Below, piece by piece: positions 25,618 to 39,160 of a stretch of DNA of 64,000 nucleotides. The stretch lies in assembly GCF_009914755.1 (NCBI RefSeq), contig NC_060940.1; one strand, given 5' to 3'. The stretch's first letter is position 1. Every line of letters starts with the position of its first letter. Under the pieces are notes generated by a model, which was not told where the DNA came from, did no database searches, and worked only from the letters and a program-made list of their open reading frames with translations. The position numbers were made by a program, and so were the translations under genes. This DNA is from the human T2T-CHM13v2.0 reference genome, Homo sapiens.

Positions 25618-26146
25618 CAGGGGTGTCCAATCTTTTGGCTTCCCTGGGTCACATTAGAAGAAGAAGAAGGGTCTTGGGCCACACATAATATACACTAACA
25701 CCAACAATAGGTGATAAGCTAAAAATAAAAAATAAAAAAGACAAAAGGATTTCATTTATTTATTTTTTTTTTTTGAGACAGAGTCTCACTCTGTAACCCA
25801 GGCTGGAGTTCAGTGGCTCACTGCAACCTCTGCCTCCCAGGTTCAAGCGATTCTTGTGCCTCAGCCTCCCAAATAGCTGGCACTACAGGTGCACACCACC
25901 AGGCCCAGCTAATTTTTGTATTTTTAATAGAGATGGGGTTTCACCATGTTGGCGGGACTGATCTCAAACTCCTGACTCCTGACCTCAAGTAATCCTCCCA
26001 CCTTGACCTCCCAGAGTGCTGGGATTATAGGCATGAGCCACTACACCCAGCCAAAATCTCGCAATGTTTTAAGAAAGTTTATGAGTTTGTGTTGGGCCCC
26101 ATTCAAAGCTGTTCTGGGCCTGCGGGCCTCTGGTTGGACAAGCCTG
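25618..26146 (+). mobile_element. MER30 (hAT-Charlie) interrupted by an Alu
   Basis: Termini caggggtgtccaatcttttggcttccctggg ... ggttggacaagcctg; 8-bp TSD GCCCATGT (25610-25617) / GCCTATGT (26147-26154). Confidence 0.87.
25755..26052 (-). mobile_element. AluS-type element
   Basis: Poly(T) plus dimer with a small internal deletion and a duplicated ctcctga. Confidence 0.9.
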
Positions 26147-26520
26147 GCCTATGTTATGGTCTGAATTGTGTCCCCACAAATATTATGAAATTCTAACCCC
26201 CAGCACCTCAAAATGTGACTGTATTTGGAAAAAGGGCCTCTAAAGAGGCAATTAAGTTAGAATGAGGTCACTGAGGTGGCCTCTAATCCAATGTGACTGT
26301 TGTCTTTATAAGAAGGGGAGATTAAGACCCAGAGACACAGAGAGAGGGTGAAGGGAAGACACAGGGAGCCGACAGCTGTCTGCACTCCAAGAACAGAGGC
26401 CTCAGAAGAAACCATCCCTGCTGGCACCTTGATCTCAGACTTCCGGCCTCCAGAACTGTGAGACAATACATTCCTGTTATTTCAGCCATCAAATCTCCGT
26501 GGTATTTTGTGACAGCAACC

Positions 26521-27349
26521 TGTATTCATCTGTTAGGGTTTTCATAACAAAATGCCACAGACTGGGTGACTCAAGCAGCAGATAACTATGTTCTCAGTTC
26601 TGGAGGCTGGAAGTGCAAGATCAAGGTCTTGGCAGGGTTGGTTTCCTCTGAGGCTTCTTTCCTTGGCTTGCAGATGAGCACCCTCTTGCTGCCTCATGTC
26701 AAGGTTATTTCTCTGTGCACACAAATCCCTGGCATCTCTTCCTCTTCTTAAAAGGACGCCAGGCCGGGTGCGGTGGCTCACGCATGTAATCCCAGCACTT
26801 TGGGAGGCTGAGGTGGGCGGATCACCTGAGGTCTGTAGTTCGAGACCAGCCTGACCAACATGGTGAAACCCCATCTCTACTAAAAATACAAAATTAGCTG
26901 GACGTGGTGGCACATGCCTGTAATCCCAGCCACTGAAGAGGCTGAAGCAGGAGAATTGCTTGAACCTAGGAGGCGAAGGTTGCAGTGAGTGGAGGTTGCA
27001 GTGAGCCGAGATCGTGCCACTGCACTCCAACCTGGGCAACAAGAGTGAAACTCCATCTCAAAAAAATAAACAAACAAAGAAAAAAAACACTTGTCAGATT
27101 GTATTTGGGCCCTACCCTCAAGGTCTCATTTTAACCTGATCATCTCTTTCCAGGCCCTATCACTGAATGTAGTCCCATTCTGAGGTTATTGTGGGTGTTA
27201 GGACTTCAACACATGAATTTTGGAGCCTCAAGACCTCATTTTAACTTAACCATCTCTTTCCATGCCCTATCTCTGAATATAGTCATATTCTGAGGTTATC
27301 ATGGGTTTTAGTACATGAATTTTGGGGGAACACAAATTAGCCCATAACA
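26521..27349 (-). mobile_element. MLT1 (A/C-type) solo LTR nested in the previous LTR
   Basis: TG...CA termini; 5-bp TSD CAACC / CAGCC; ttctcagttctggaggctggaagtgcaagatcaaggt. Confidence 0.8.
26762..27087 (+). mobile_element. AluSx/Sq element with an internal ~16-bp duplication
   Basis: Full dimer; ggttgcagtgagtggaggttgcagtgagcc. Confidence 0.92.
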
Positions 27350-28344
27350 CAGCCCTAGCCATCAAATACAGTCTCCAAGTAACATGGATGATTTAAATCA
27401 AGGTCTGGCTGGGCTCAGGAACAAGATCAGCTTAAGATTAAAGCCAACAGACTACTCAGTGTTCATCCCTTAATGGCAAAAGTTCTGAGCACCCTCACGT
27501 GACCTTCCTACAGATTCACTAACTGAGCTTGGACTCTCATCCTGTGTGGTTCATTCAGTCTGCAATGAAGGCTGGAGGAGAGAGGAGACCCTGGACAATT
27601 TAACTCTGAAAAACTAGCTTTGGATCCTGGGTCCCAGCAGTCTCATCACCTGAATGGTGCTATAGACATAACCAATTGAGACAAAGGAAATTTTTGACCA
27701 TAGACATTTTCAAGAAATTTCCTTTTAGGCACATAAAATTTATTGAAATTTCCTTGCAATATTTATTAAAAGTAGAGATTCCCAGTTCTGTTCTCCAGTT
27801 TTCATTCTCTGAGTCTGAGAGTGAGACCTGAGGATCATTTTATAAGACAAAACAAAACAAGAAACATTCCAGGTTATAACTTGGATTTTAGGCCCCCAAA
27901 CCTACAATAGGAGAGGCAGGGCTACCTCGTATGGCTGCACAGGTTGTGCACTAAACAAGAAGCTGTAAAAAGCGGCCCAGGGCAGAAGTCCTAGTGTTCC
28001 ACATCATCCACAGGATCACACTTACGTATTTGTCACTTTATAGTTTGCTGCACAACTCACCACTATTATTTCATAGCACAGCAATTCCATAGGGGGAGGA
28101 AGAAAGGCAAGGCCTGAGTGAGACAGTTCCAGGGTGGGAGAGAGATTCCATTTGAGAGGCCAGCAGTATAGGAATTACAGGGTTGTATGGGTCAAGAAAC
28201 AGTTCTACCCGGGCACAGTAACAAACACCAAGAAGCAGCCAGGTGACAGAAGACTAAAATCAGACCCTGAGATATGAGGGAGGAAGGAAAAAAAAGAAGC
28301 AAAGCAAAATGTGACTTTTTTGGGGAAAGACAGGTAGAATGTTC

Positions 28345-28550
28345 TAAAATCGAGCATATCTGGATTCATATCTTGGTCCTGACACTTCATGAGCTCATGA
28401 CACCAAATGAGTTCAATCTGCACGGGGCCTCAGTTGTCTTGTGGTCACAGCCTCACACATCTGCAGAGAGGATTATGTGGACTGATGTCAACAACGCTCT
28501 CATCTCAGGGACCAGCACAGAACGAATGCTCAATAAATGGCTAGTATTGA
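28345..28550 (+). mobile_element. MIR
   Basis: gcctcagtt...tgctcaataaatggctagtatt. Confidence 0.6.
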
Positions 28551-29047
28551 GTAGACTTGGATTCAGAGAGACGAGCTTGGCCATTGGGCTAGTCAAGTGC
28601 AGGACGGAGAGAATGACTTAAAAGTCCAATTCCATACAGTGATCAATAATCACCTGTGGGAGAATATTGATCTTCCTCTATGGGACTAGACCACCCAGCA
28701 TCCGCTGCAGTAGAGATGTCCAATAAACTCATGTGAGTGGGAGAAGCTGTGATGGTTGTGTTCATGCTTCAGTCCACAGTAATGACTCCAGGTCCCAGTT
28801 GCCAATGATAAACTCCCACTGGTCAAAATTGCCTGCAGTGACATTGAGCCTGGTGGAGAAGAAGTAGAGATTAAAAGCAGTTGGGAGTTTAGGAAAATAT
28901 GTGTCTTAGAAATTGTCTGATCAACTTCTCTTAATGGCCCCTGTAGCTTTTCTTCGTGGCTTGGGATTGTGAAATCTGTATGCTACTGTAGCAAAACCAA
29001 GTTTGCATTTTAGGGGCATAATTCTGGGCCTTTGCTGTTTTTGATGG

Positions 29048-29344
29048 TTTGTTTGTTTTTATGAGACAAGGTCAAGCTCTGTTGCTTAGGCTGGCGTACA
29101 GTGGTGTGAGCACAGCCCACTGCAGCCTTGACCTCCTAGGCTCATGTAATCTTCCCACTTCAGCCTCCCAAGTAGCTGGGACCACAGGTGTGTGCCACCA
29201 CAACTGGCTAATTTTTGTATTTTTTGTAGAGACAGGGTTTTGCCGTGTTGCCCAGGCTGGTCTCAAACTCCTGGACTCAAGCAATCCTCCAGCCTTGGCC
29301 TCCCAAAGTGCTGGGATTACAGGTGTGAGCCACCACTCCCGACC
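29048..29344 (-). mobile_element. AluJ element
   Basis: cagccttgacctcctaggctc and ctcctggactcaagcaatcc diagnostics; TGCTGTT flanks. Confidence 0.9.
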
Positions 29345-29815
29345 TGCTGTTCTTATCACTTTAAAATCACCTCCTGGAGATATTCGGGTGGGTCATTCTC
29401 GCTTCACTCTGGTCTCTGCACAAACATTATCTCAGTATCTTCCAACTCCCCTATATAAAACAGCACCCTCCCTTATTTTATATTCCCTTATTCCACTGTA
29501 TAGACTTACCACTTCCTGACTTCCTGGTTTTATGTTATAGATGGATTGATTAATTTTATCTCCCTCTAAACTGTAAGATTCTTGAAGACAGGGACTTTGT
29601 TTTGTTGGCCACTTTATCCCAATGGCTTGTCCAATGAAAATGGAGGAATGAGTGAGAGCTCCACTGTTTCAGGGTCTTGCTATCTCCAGCCACCTACCGA
29701 TTTATTATTTTAAAAGAAAGTCTTCCCAAAAGAGATAAGGAAAAAAAGTTTTGTGTGTTCTATCAGTAGTCTTTCATTCATATGGGTTTATTTAATTTAC
29801 AAAAATTGTGCCATA

Positions 29816-30091
29816 GGCTGGGCGCGGTGGCTCACGTCCGTAATCCTAGCACTTTGGGTGGCCGAGGAGGGCGGATCACCTGAGGTCGGGAGTTCGAGAC
29901 CAGCCTGACCAACATGGAGAAACCCCGTCTCTACTAAAAATACAAAATTAGCGAGGCGCCCGGCCTGTAATCCCAGCTACTCAAGAGGCTAAGGCAGGAG
30001 AATCAATCGCTTGAACCCGGGAGGCGGAGATCGCGGTGAGCCGAGATCGCGCCATTGCACTCCAGCCTGGGCAACAAGAGCAAAATTCCAC
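29816..30091 (+). mobile_element. AluSp, CpG-rich, lacking poly(A) tail
   Basis: AluSp diagnostics gaggtcgggag, ctgaccaacatggagaaacc, caacaagagc; ends at aaaattccac with no tail. Confidence 0.92.
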
Positions 30092-30278
30092 TATTTGGTA
30101 CTTGCTTTTTCCCTTGCCATATGTCATAAAGTTTTTCCTTTAGCAATAAATAGTATTTAAAGTAATATTTTAATATTATCACAGAATACCATTTTCTAGA
30201 TCCTCCAGAGTTTCCTTGACCTCTTTTTAATGAACATTTTATTTTGCCCAATTTTGTATTATTATAAATAAAGCTATC

Positions 30279-30890
30279 TGTTAGCTATCTATTGCCGTGT
30301 AACAAGTTACCCGGGAACTTAGTGGCCTAAAACAACATTTATTCTATCTCAGTTTCTGTGGTCAAGAATCTGGGTGTGGCTTGGCTGGATCTTCTGGCTC
30401 TAAGTCTCTGCTAGGTAGGCTGTAATCAAGGTGTCCAGGCTGTAGTCTAATCTCAAGGCTTGACTGGGAAGGGTCCAATTCTTACACCATGCATGCGGTT
30501 GTTGGCAGAATTCAGTTCTTTGTAGGTTGTTGATGTGAGTGTCTCAGTTCCTCACTGACTGTTAACTAAAGACCTCTTTTGGGTCTTTGCCACGTGGTCT
30601 CCTCCATAGGCAAGCTTGCAGCCTGGCAGCTTGCTTCATCAGAGCAAGCAAATGAAAGGATGAGAGAGAGGGAGAGAGGGGTCAGTGAGGAGGGAGGGAG
30701 GGAAAGAGGACACAAGACAAAAGTCAGTCTTTCTAACCTGAGCACAGAAATGACATTCCGTCTATTTGCCACATTCTATTTGTTATAGAAGCAAGTCACT
30801 AGGTGCAGCCCAAACCCAGTGGAATAACACAAAGGTGTGAATACCAGAAGACAGGGTAATTAAGAGCTACGTCAGAAGCTGCTTACCACA
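30279..30890 (-). mobile_element. MLT1E/F-type solo LTR
   Basis: tgttagctatctattgccgtgtaacaagttaccc...cttagtggcctaaaacaac ... gctgcttaccaca. Confidence 0.8.
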
Positions 30891-31521
30891 GGCTGATATG
30901 AATATTTCCATCTTTACCCAGAGATATCTACATACATTTTTTAATACATCCCTGATTGCTTATTCAGAATACATTTTCTAGAAGGAGAATCATTGGGTTG
31001 TAGTATGCAGACGTTTATTACTAAGTCAAGTGCTATGCATGTTTTATAAGGCTTTTGATACATAAAGTTGTAATGTCTTCAAAAATTAAAAATGTTACAG
31101 CAATTACCCGTCCCCACCCCCTTTTCAGTATTGTATGGGCACACCATTTGGCCCACACACCCATCAACAATAATTCTTTCATTCACTCTCAAGTTAATGG
31201 GTGCAACATATGTCACAAGAGTTTTTCAAAGTTTTTTAATTGCTAGGGCTCTAACACATTTCTTACGTTTATTGAGTTTTTGTATTTTTTTTCTGTAAAG
31301 AGCTAGTTCCTGCCCTTTGCCCATTTTTCTATCAAAACATATATACTTTTTATTGATTTGTAAGAGCTCTGCATATTTTAAATATTCTATTTCTGATACA
31401 CAAATAGAAATAGAATAAACATAAGTATTTAAAAAATGTAATATCCAATTTCTGTTTTATAGTTTACAAATACTTTTTCATAGTTTGGAATAGGCTTTTT
31501 CAGTTTTGTTTATGGTGTTTT

Positions 31522-32026
31522 GAATATATACATAATATATACATTTGTGTATATATGAGATATATATTTATATATGTATATATTATATATACATATATGT
31601 ATATGTGTATCTGTATTACATACATCAGATATATATGTAATATATACACATAATATATGTTGATATATATGTATATGTATTACATATGAGATATATATGA
31701 GATGAGATGTATATGTAATATATACATATATGTTGATATATAGAGATGGGTGTGTATATATATGTATATGTATATATGGGTGTGTATATGTATATATAAG
31801 TATACATACTTATATATACTTATATATATAAGTACATATTTAGATCTCATATATATGAGTGATATATATCACTATATGTAAATGGGTATCTATATATATG
31901 AAAAAATATATGTTTTCATATATAGGATTTCATATGTATTTTCATATTTTTAATATAATTTATATATTATGTATATTATATGTAAAAATATATATTTTTT
32001 CATATATATAGATATATACCCATTTA
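31522..32026. repeat. TA-rich low-complexity region with multiple palindromes
   Basis: TA/TG dinucleotide-derived sequence; palindromes at 31791-31873 and inverted repeat 31879-32026. Confidence 0.9.
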
Positions 32027-33697
32027 AGGAATATTTAAGGTAAACCAAACATATCAATATACTTCTTTATTTTTTTCTTCTGAGTTATCCTTTAAGAAGT
32101 CTTATCTATACCAACTTTGCTCATATTAAGATTTCTGCCTTCCTTCCTTTCTTTTACATTTGACATTATAATGCTTTTTTTCACCTTCTCTCATTTATTG
32201 TTTTATGTATTCAAGTAACTATTTAGCTTTTTTCATTTCCTCTTACTGTTATTATTTTTATAAATAAATATTGACCTGCTCTAAGACTATATATTGACTG
32301 ACTTTTCCTTTTTCTACGGATGTGAAATGTCATATTTTTTATAGTTTACATTTTTATATATGTTTTGATCTCTTCCTGGGCTAGCTCTACTTTTTCTTTG
32401 ATCAAACTATCCATTCCCACACTGTTTAATAAATATATTAATTTTATTGATAGTATAAGTTGTTAGTATATTTTCATTAGGATATTATTACATTAGTACA
32501 TTAATGTATTTATATATTAATATACATTATTCTTACTAATTATTAACATTTTTCTAGCTACTCCAGATTGTTTTTTTAATGTAAGAATTATTTCATCAAG
32601 TCATAAAAATTGCTAGTTTAATCAAAATCATTTACACCTATAAATTAGGAGAGTTAATATTTTTAAATTTTCTTCTTCCAAATAAAAACATAATGCCTCT
32701 GTTTTCTCAATTCCACTTGTATGAACACTCAGTAAATATTTGTGACAATTTTTGTAGATCTTGAATATTTTGTGTCCTCCTTAACAACAATTATAGCTAT
32801 TTCTATTCCACGGCTTTGTAATATTGGGGAAATTAGTTCACCTCTCTGAACTTCCATTGCTCATCTTTAAACTGGACATGTTCACTGCTACCTCTCACGG
32901 ACCCTGTGAGGGGTAAATGATAAATCTAAATCTCTCAGAGCAGCTGGCAGCACACCAGGTGTTCAACATGTGTTAGTAAGAGTTGTTGTTAATTTAAAAG
33001 GAATTGTAGAACCACATTAGATAATCATGATCATGCCAGACCATGACGGAAATTCCTCTTCCACGTAACAACTCTCTGCACCTGGTGCAATTAGCCTATA
33101 AATCTTTCGAAGTGAGGCAATGAGGCAAGGGGATAGCAAACAGCAATCCAAGTTGAGATATTGTGGTTTTAACTCTTTTTGTTCAGTTCTGCTTCACACT
33201 CCTTACCAGAACCTTCCAACTCCTTATCAGATGAAAGCTGTTTAATTTCCGATGGACATGGGAATGTCAATCTTGTTGTGTCATTAAGTATGACTTGGCC
33301 ATTAAGAGTGCTGTATTAATATATAAATACAGGGGTAAACAGATGCTGTTTATCTTCCTACCATCTTATCTTAGTTATTCTAACTCTGGGATTCTATATG
33401 ATGGTTCCATTGTGTGGTTCTCTCTGATGGTCCTATATGATGGGTCTGTGTGTTGATGTTAAAGGATGACTTATATGATGATTTTATATGATGATTTTAA
33501 ATGATGACCTATGAGCACTTTCTCTAAGGTACTTATTTTAAGACTAGTACAGAATTTCCATGGGGAGCCCCTCTACTCTGTCGTAGAAGTAGATGTTTAG
33601 TGGATGGAGAATGAATGGGGAGGAATTGAGGGTTGGCAGAAGGGTTTTCAGGAAGAGAAGGGGGACTAAGGGTGGCATGGGTGTGAGTAGTAGAAGG

Positions 33698-33740
33698 AAT
33701 GACAGTTAGTGGGAAGAAATGACAGTTAGTGGGAAGAAAT
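33698..33740. repeat. Perfect 20-bp tandem duplication
   Basis: (aatgacagttagtgggaaga)x2. Confidence 0.92.
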
Positions 33741-34506
33741 AGGGTTGGCTGAGGGATGGAGTTCTGGAGCTGAAAGACCAGCAGAAAAAAGAGGAGAGAG
33801 TTAGAGGGAAAAGAAATGAAACGAGAAGTCTTAGATTATTCAACTTCTGCAAAAATCATAGTGGAAATGTCCCAAAATGTTGCCAACAATACATTCTGTG
33901 ACTAAGTCATTATGCAGAGAGATGAGCTGGGGGCTGAAGGACAGAATTAATATAGTAAGTAATTCTATCCCTTTGGCAATGTCTTTCTGCATGAAATAAT
34001 GATTTTATGTCTCACTTCTCTCCAGCCCGCGCATTCCTCATAACAAACAGTTCCACAGTGAGTGAGTATTTATGTTTCAAGGCAACAGCATAGGCATAAT
34101 GGACTATCCTCTGAATCTTTTTTATGGAAAGGAATGCCAGGGCTGCCTAGGAAACCTGGGAGAGCTTTCCAGTTGGGAATAATACCACTGCTGCTGGCTG
34201 CAGGAGATAGAGTGTGGAATTTGGAACCAGGCAGATCTTCGTTCAGACCCTTCCAGTGCCATTTACTGACTCACCTTCTCTGCAGCTCAGTCTTCTTCTT
34301 TGGAAAATGGGGATATTCACATTGACCTCACATGTCTAGCACAGTGGAACACAGACAGGGCTCAATAATGGTCAACCAGGAAGACGTCAAATCTCCCAGA
34401 CCATGTATTTGGGGGAACACAAAGCTGGATGGCAAAATTCCAGCTTGTGAACAGAAAGGAAGTAATGAAGGGATATCTGTCAGTCCCTGCACATCCCTAT
34501 GAATGC

Positions 34507-35204
<698 letters not shown>

Positions 35205-35589
35205 ACGCTTACTTCATTCATTCAACAATAATTCATGCCACTTTTGTTCCAAACACTGTGTTGTAGTGATAAGATGGGTGATTATGAAACCTGCCTTTGG
35301 TCATCATTTTTATTGGATTACCTTTGTACACTTACTGTGTACTATATGCTAAACCACTAAATGGCATTGCTAAGCATTTTACACTTAATTCATATCATAG
35401 GAAGAACCCAAATGGGTTGCAGTTGTGCCCATTTCATAGATTAAAAATACCTCAAGCACAGTAAGTTAAATAACTTCTCTCCCCAGGATCAGACTGTGAT
35501 ATAGCCTGGATTTAAACCTGTATGACACCATTAAAGCCTGTATGACACCATAGTGTGAGCTCTCAACCTCTGAGCTATATTACCTTGAA

Positions 35590-36663
<1,074 letters not shown>

Positions 36664-36699
36664 AAATGAAAGAAGAAAGAAGACAGAAAGAAAGACGAG

Positions 36700-36782
<83 letters not shown>

Positions 36783-36809
36783 GAAAGAAAAGAAAGAAGA
36801 AAGGAAAAA
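36664..36809. repeat. (GAAA)n/(GA)n purine-rich STR derived from the Alu tail
   Basis: About 145 nt that is almost purely A/G. Confidence 0.93.
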
Positions 36810-36829
36810 GCTGTTAATCCTTCACTTAC

Positions 36830-37025
36830 AGCCATAGTTGTTTAAGTGCAGTTCCAAGACTAGTCATTGTATCACCCCTGAATGTGTTAGAATTGCAGAT
36901 GACTGGGGACCACCCCATATCTCCTGTATCAGAAAGTCTGGCATGGAGCCTTGCGACTGGTGATTTATCAAGCAGTGCAGGTGATTCTTGTGCATCCTCA
37001 CCTTTGTTTGGGAGAGCACCAGCAC
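36830..37025. mobile_element. MER5A-like MITE
   Basis: atcacccctgaatgtgttagaattgcagat...caggtgattcttgtgca...tttgggagagcacc. Confidence 0.6.
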
Positions 37026-37319
37026 TACATTGACATAATTAAATATTTGTTGAGCAGAACTGAACGAATGGACACTTACTAGGAGAGCATTATCTCTGAA
37101 GTCATGTGTAACCCCAAGTAGTCTTAGTTCCACCTTCAGGGAACAAGATGAAAGTGGAAAAGACATTGGGGGGTGGCTGATATTTTCTTTAAATCTCTCT
37201 GAAGATCACTGCATTTATATCTCAGGCCTACCTGCTTCCTAAGCTGTCTGGGAACCCCAGTTGGAAGGTGATTTTTTTTTGAGTGTTTGAGATGAGCAGT
37301 TCTTTTAAATCACTGCTTC

Positions 37320-39160
37320 TCAAGATTTTGAGTTCTTGTCTTCTATCTAGGACATCTTTGTGCAAACCAAGATCATAAAGAATTGTTTCTTATGTTTTGT
37401 TCCAGAAGTTTAATAGTTTTTTCTTTTATATTTTGGACTATGCATCTTATTTTTTGCATATGGCATTAGATAATGATCAATATTCATTTTCCTCCATATA
37501 GATTTCCAGTTGGTTCATCACAATTTATTGAAAAGGCAACCATTTCCTAATTAATTTGCATTTGCAACTTCATCATAAATTGGTTGACCATGTAGTTGTG
37601 TTCTATTTCTGGATTTTCTGTCTACTTCCATTGATACATATGTCTGTTTTTTTGACAATACCACATTGTCTTGTTTATTATAGTTTTATATTAAGTCTTG
37701 AAATCAAGTGGGACAAGTCCTCCAATTTTTTTTTTTCAAAATTCGTTCGGCTATTCTAGTTTCTTCACTTTTTCATATAAGTTTTAAAATCAGCTTGACA
37801 CTTTCTACAAAATAGCTACTGTGATTTTTATTGGGATTTCATTTACATGTAGCTCTATTATATTTGGAGATAAATAAAATATTAACAATTTTGAGTCTTT
37901 GCATTTATGAACATGGTATACCTCTTCATTTATTTACATTGTCTTTAATTTCTTTTAGCAATGTTCCATAGTTTTCAGAGAAGAATCTTGCATATTCTTT
38001 GCTAAAATTAGTGTTGAGTCTTTTAAGTTTTTTGCACTAACACAAATGAAATTGTTGTTCTAATTTTATTGTCATCTAATTTCTGCTGCTATCCCAAAAT
38101 AAAATTAAATTTTGTATACAAAATTTTATCCTGGCCAGACATGGTGGCTCATGCCTGTAATCCTAGCACTTTGGGAGGCTAAGGAGGGCAGATGGCTTGA
38201 GCCAGGAGTTCGAGACCAGCCTGGGCAACATGGTGAAATCCCATCTCTACAAAATAAACCTATAAAAAATACCCAGACATGGCAGACCACACATGTGGTT
38301 TCAGCTACTTGGGAAACTGAGGTCGGAGGATCGCCTGAGCCCTGGAGTCAGAGGTTGCAGTGAGCCAAAGTTGCACCACTGCACTCCAGCCTAGGCGACA
38401 GAGTGAGTCCCTGTCTCAAAATAAATAAATAATATATATATATTTTTAAAAATAAATTTTATTCTGCAACTGCTACATTTAATTTTTAGTTTTAGTAATT
38501 GTTTTAAGGATTCCTTAGGATTTTCTACAGCTGACAAATAAAATTGTTTTTTTCCTCTTTTCAATAAGAATATCTTTATATTTTTCTTGCCTTATTGGAC
38601 TGGATCTAGTATAGTACTAAATAGAAGTGATTTGAGCAAATATCCTTGTCTTGTTCTTTAACTCAGAAGGAAAGCACTCAGTATTTCAAAATTAAGAATG
38701 TTCACTGAAGGTTTTACATAGGTCCCATCTATTAGGTTGATGATGTTTTCTTTTATTCATAACTTGCTGAGAGTTTTTCTTAATTACAAATGAATGTTAG
38801 ATTTTGTCAAATTATTTTTCATTTATTAAAATGATTACATGTACTTTTCACATTTATCCTTTCATTATGATTAATATTATTAATAGATTTTGGAATGTTA
38901 AGTCAATTTTGTGTTCCTGGAGTAAACCCTGCTTGGTTATGATGCACTATCTTTTTCATATATTATTGGATTTAATTTGTTGATTTCTCAGTGGATCTTT
39001 GTGTTTATGTTATCATGAATATTGGTCTGCAATTTTATCATAAAGTTGTCAGATTTTGGTGTCAGAGTAACTCTGACTTCATATAGTGTATTGAGAATTG
39101 TTCACTCATCTATTTCCTGAAGTAATTTTTGTAAGATAATTACCATTCCTTCTTTAAGTT
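37320..39160 (-). mobile_element. Ancient L1M ORF2 fragment (antisense), interrupted by an AluJ
   Basis: Long T-rich L1 antisense: ttccagttggttcatcacaatttattgaaaag..., catttatgaacatggtatacctcttcatttattt..., tatccttgtcttgttc. Confidence 0.82.
38133..38450 (+). mobile_element. AluJ element
   Basis: Full dimer; TSD aaattttatcct / aaattttattct. Confidence 0.9.

Larger units (their letters stand above)
26152..27370 (+). mobile_element. MLT1A/B-type solo LTR, split by a second LTR
   Basis: Starts tgttatggtctgaattgtgtcccc; runs to ...gacagcaacc at 26520; terminal gccctagccatcaaataca resumes at 27351-27370. Confidence 0.8.
29700..32770 (-). mobile_element. Fragmented ancient L1M(E) antisense, interrupted by an Alu, an MLT1F and an AT-rich repeat
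   Basis: T-rich L1 antisense segments such as tttgcccatttttctat...ttgatttgtaagagctctgcatatt. Confidence 0.55.
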
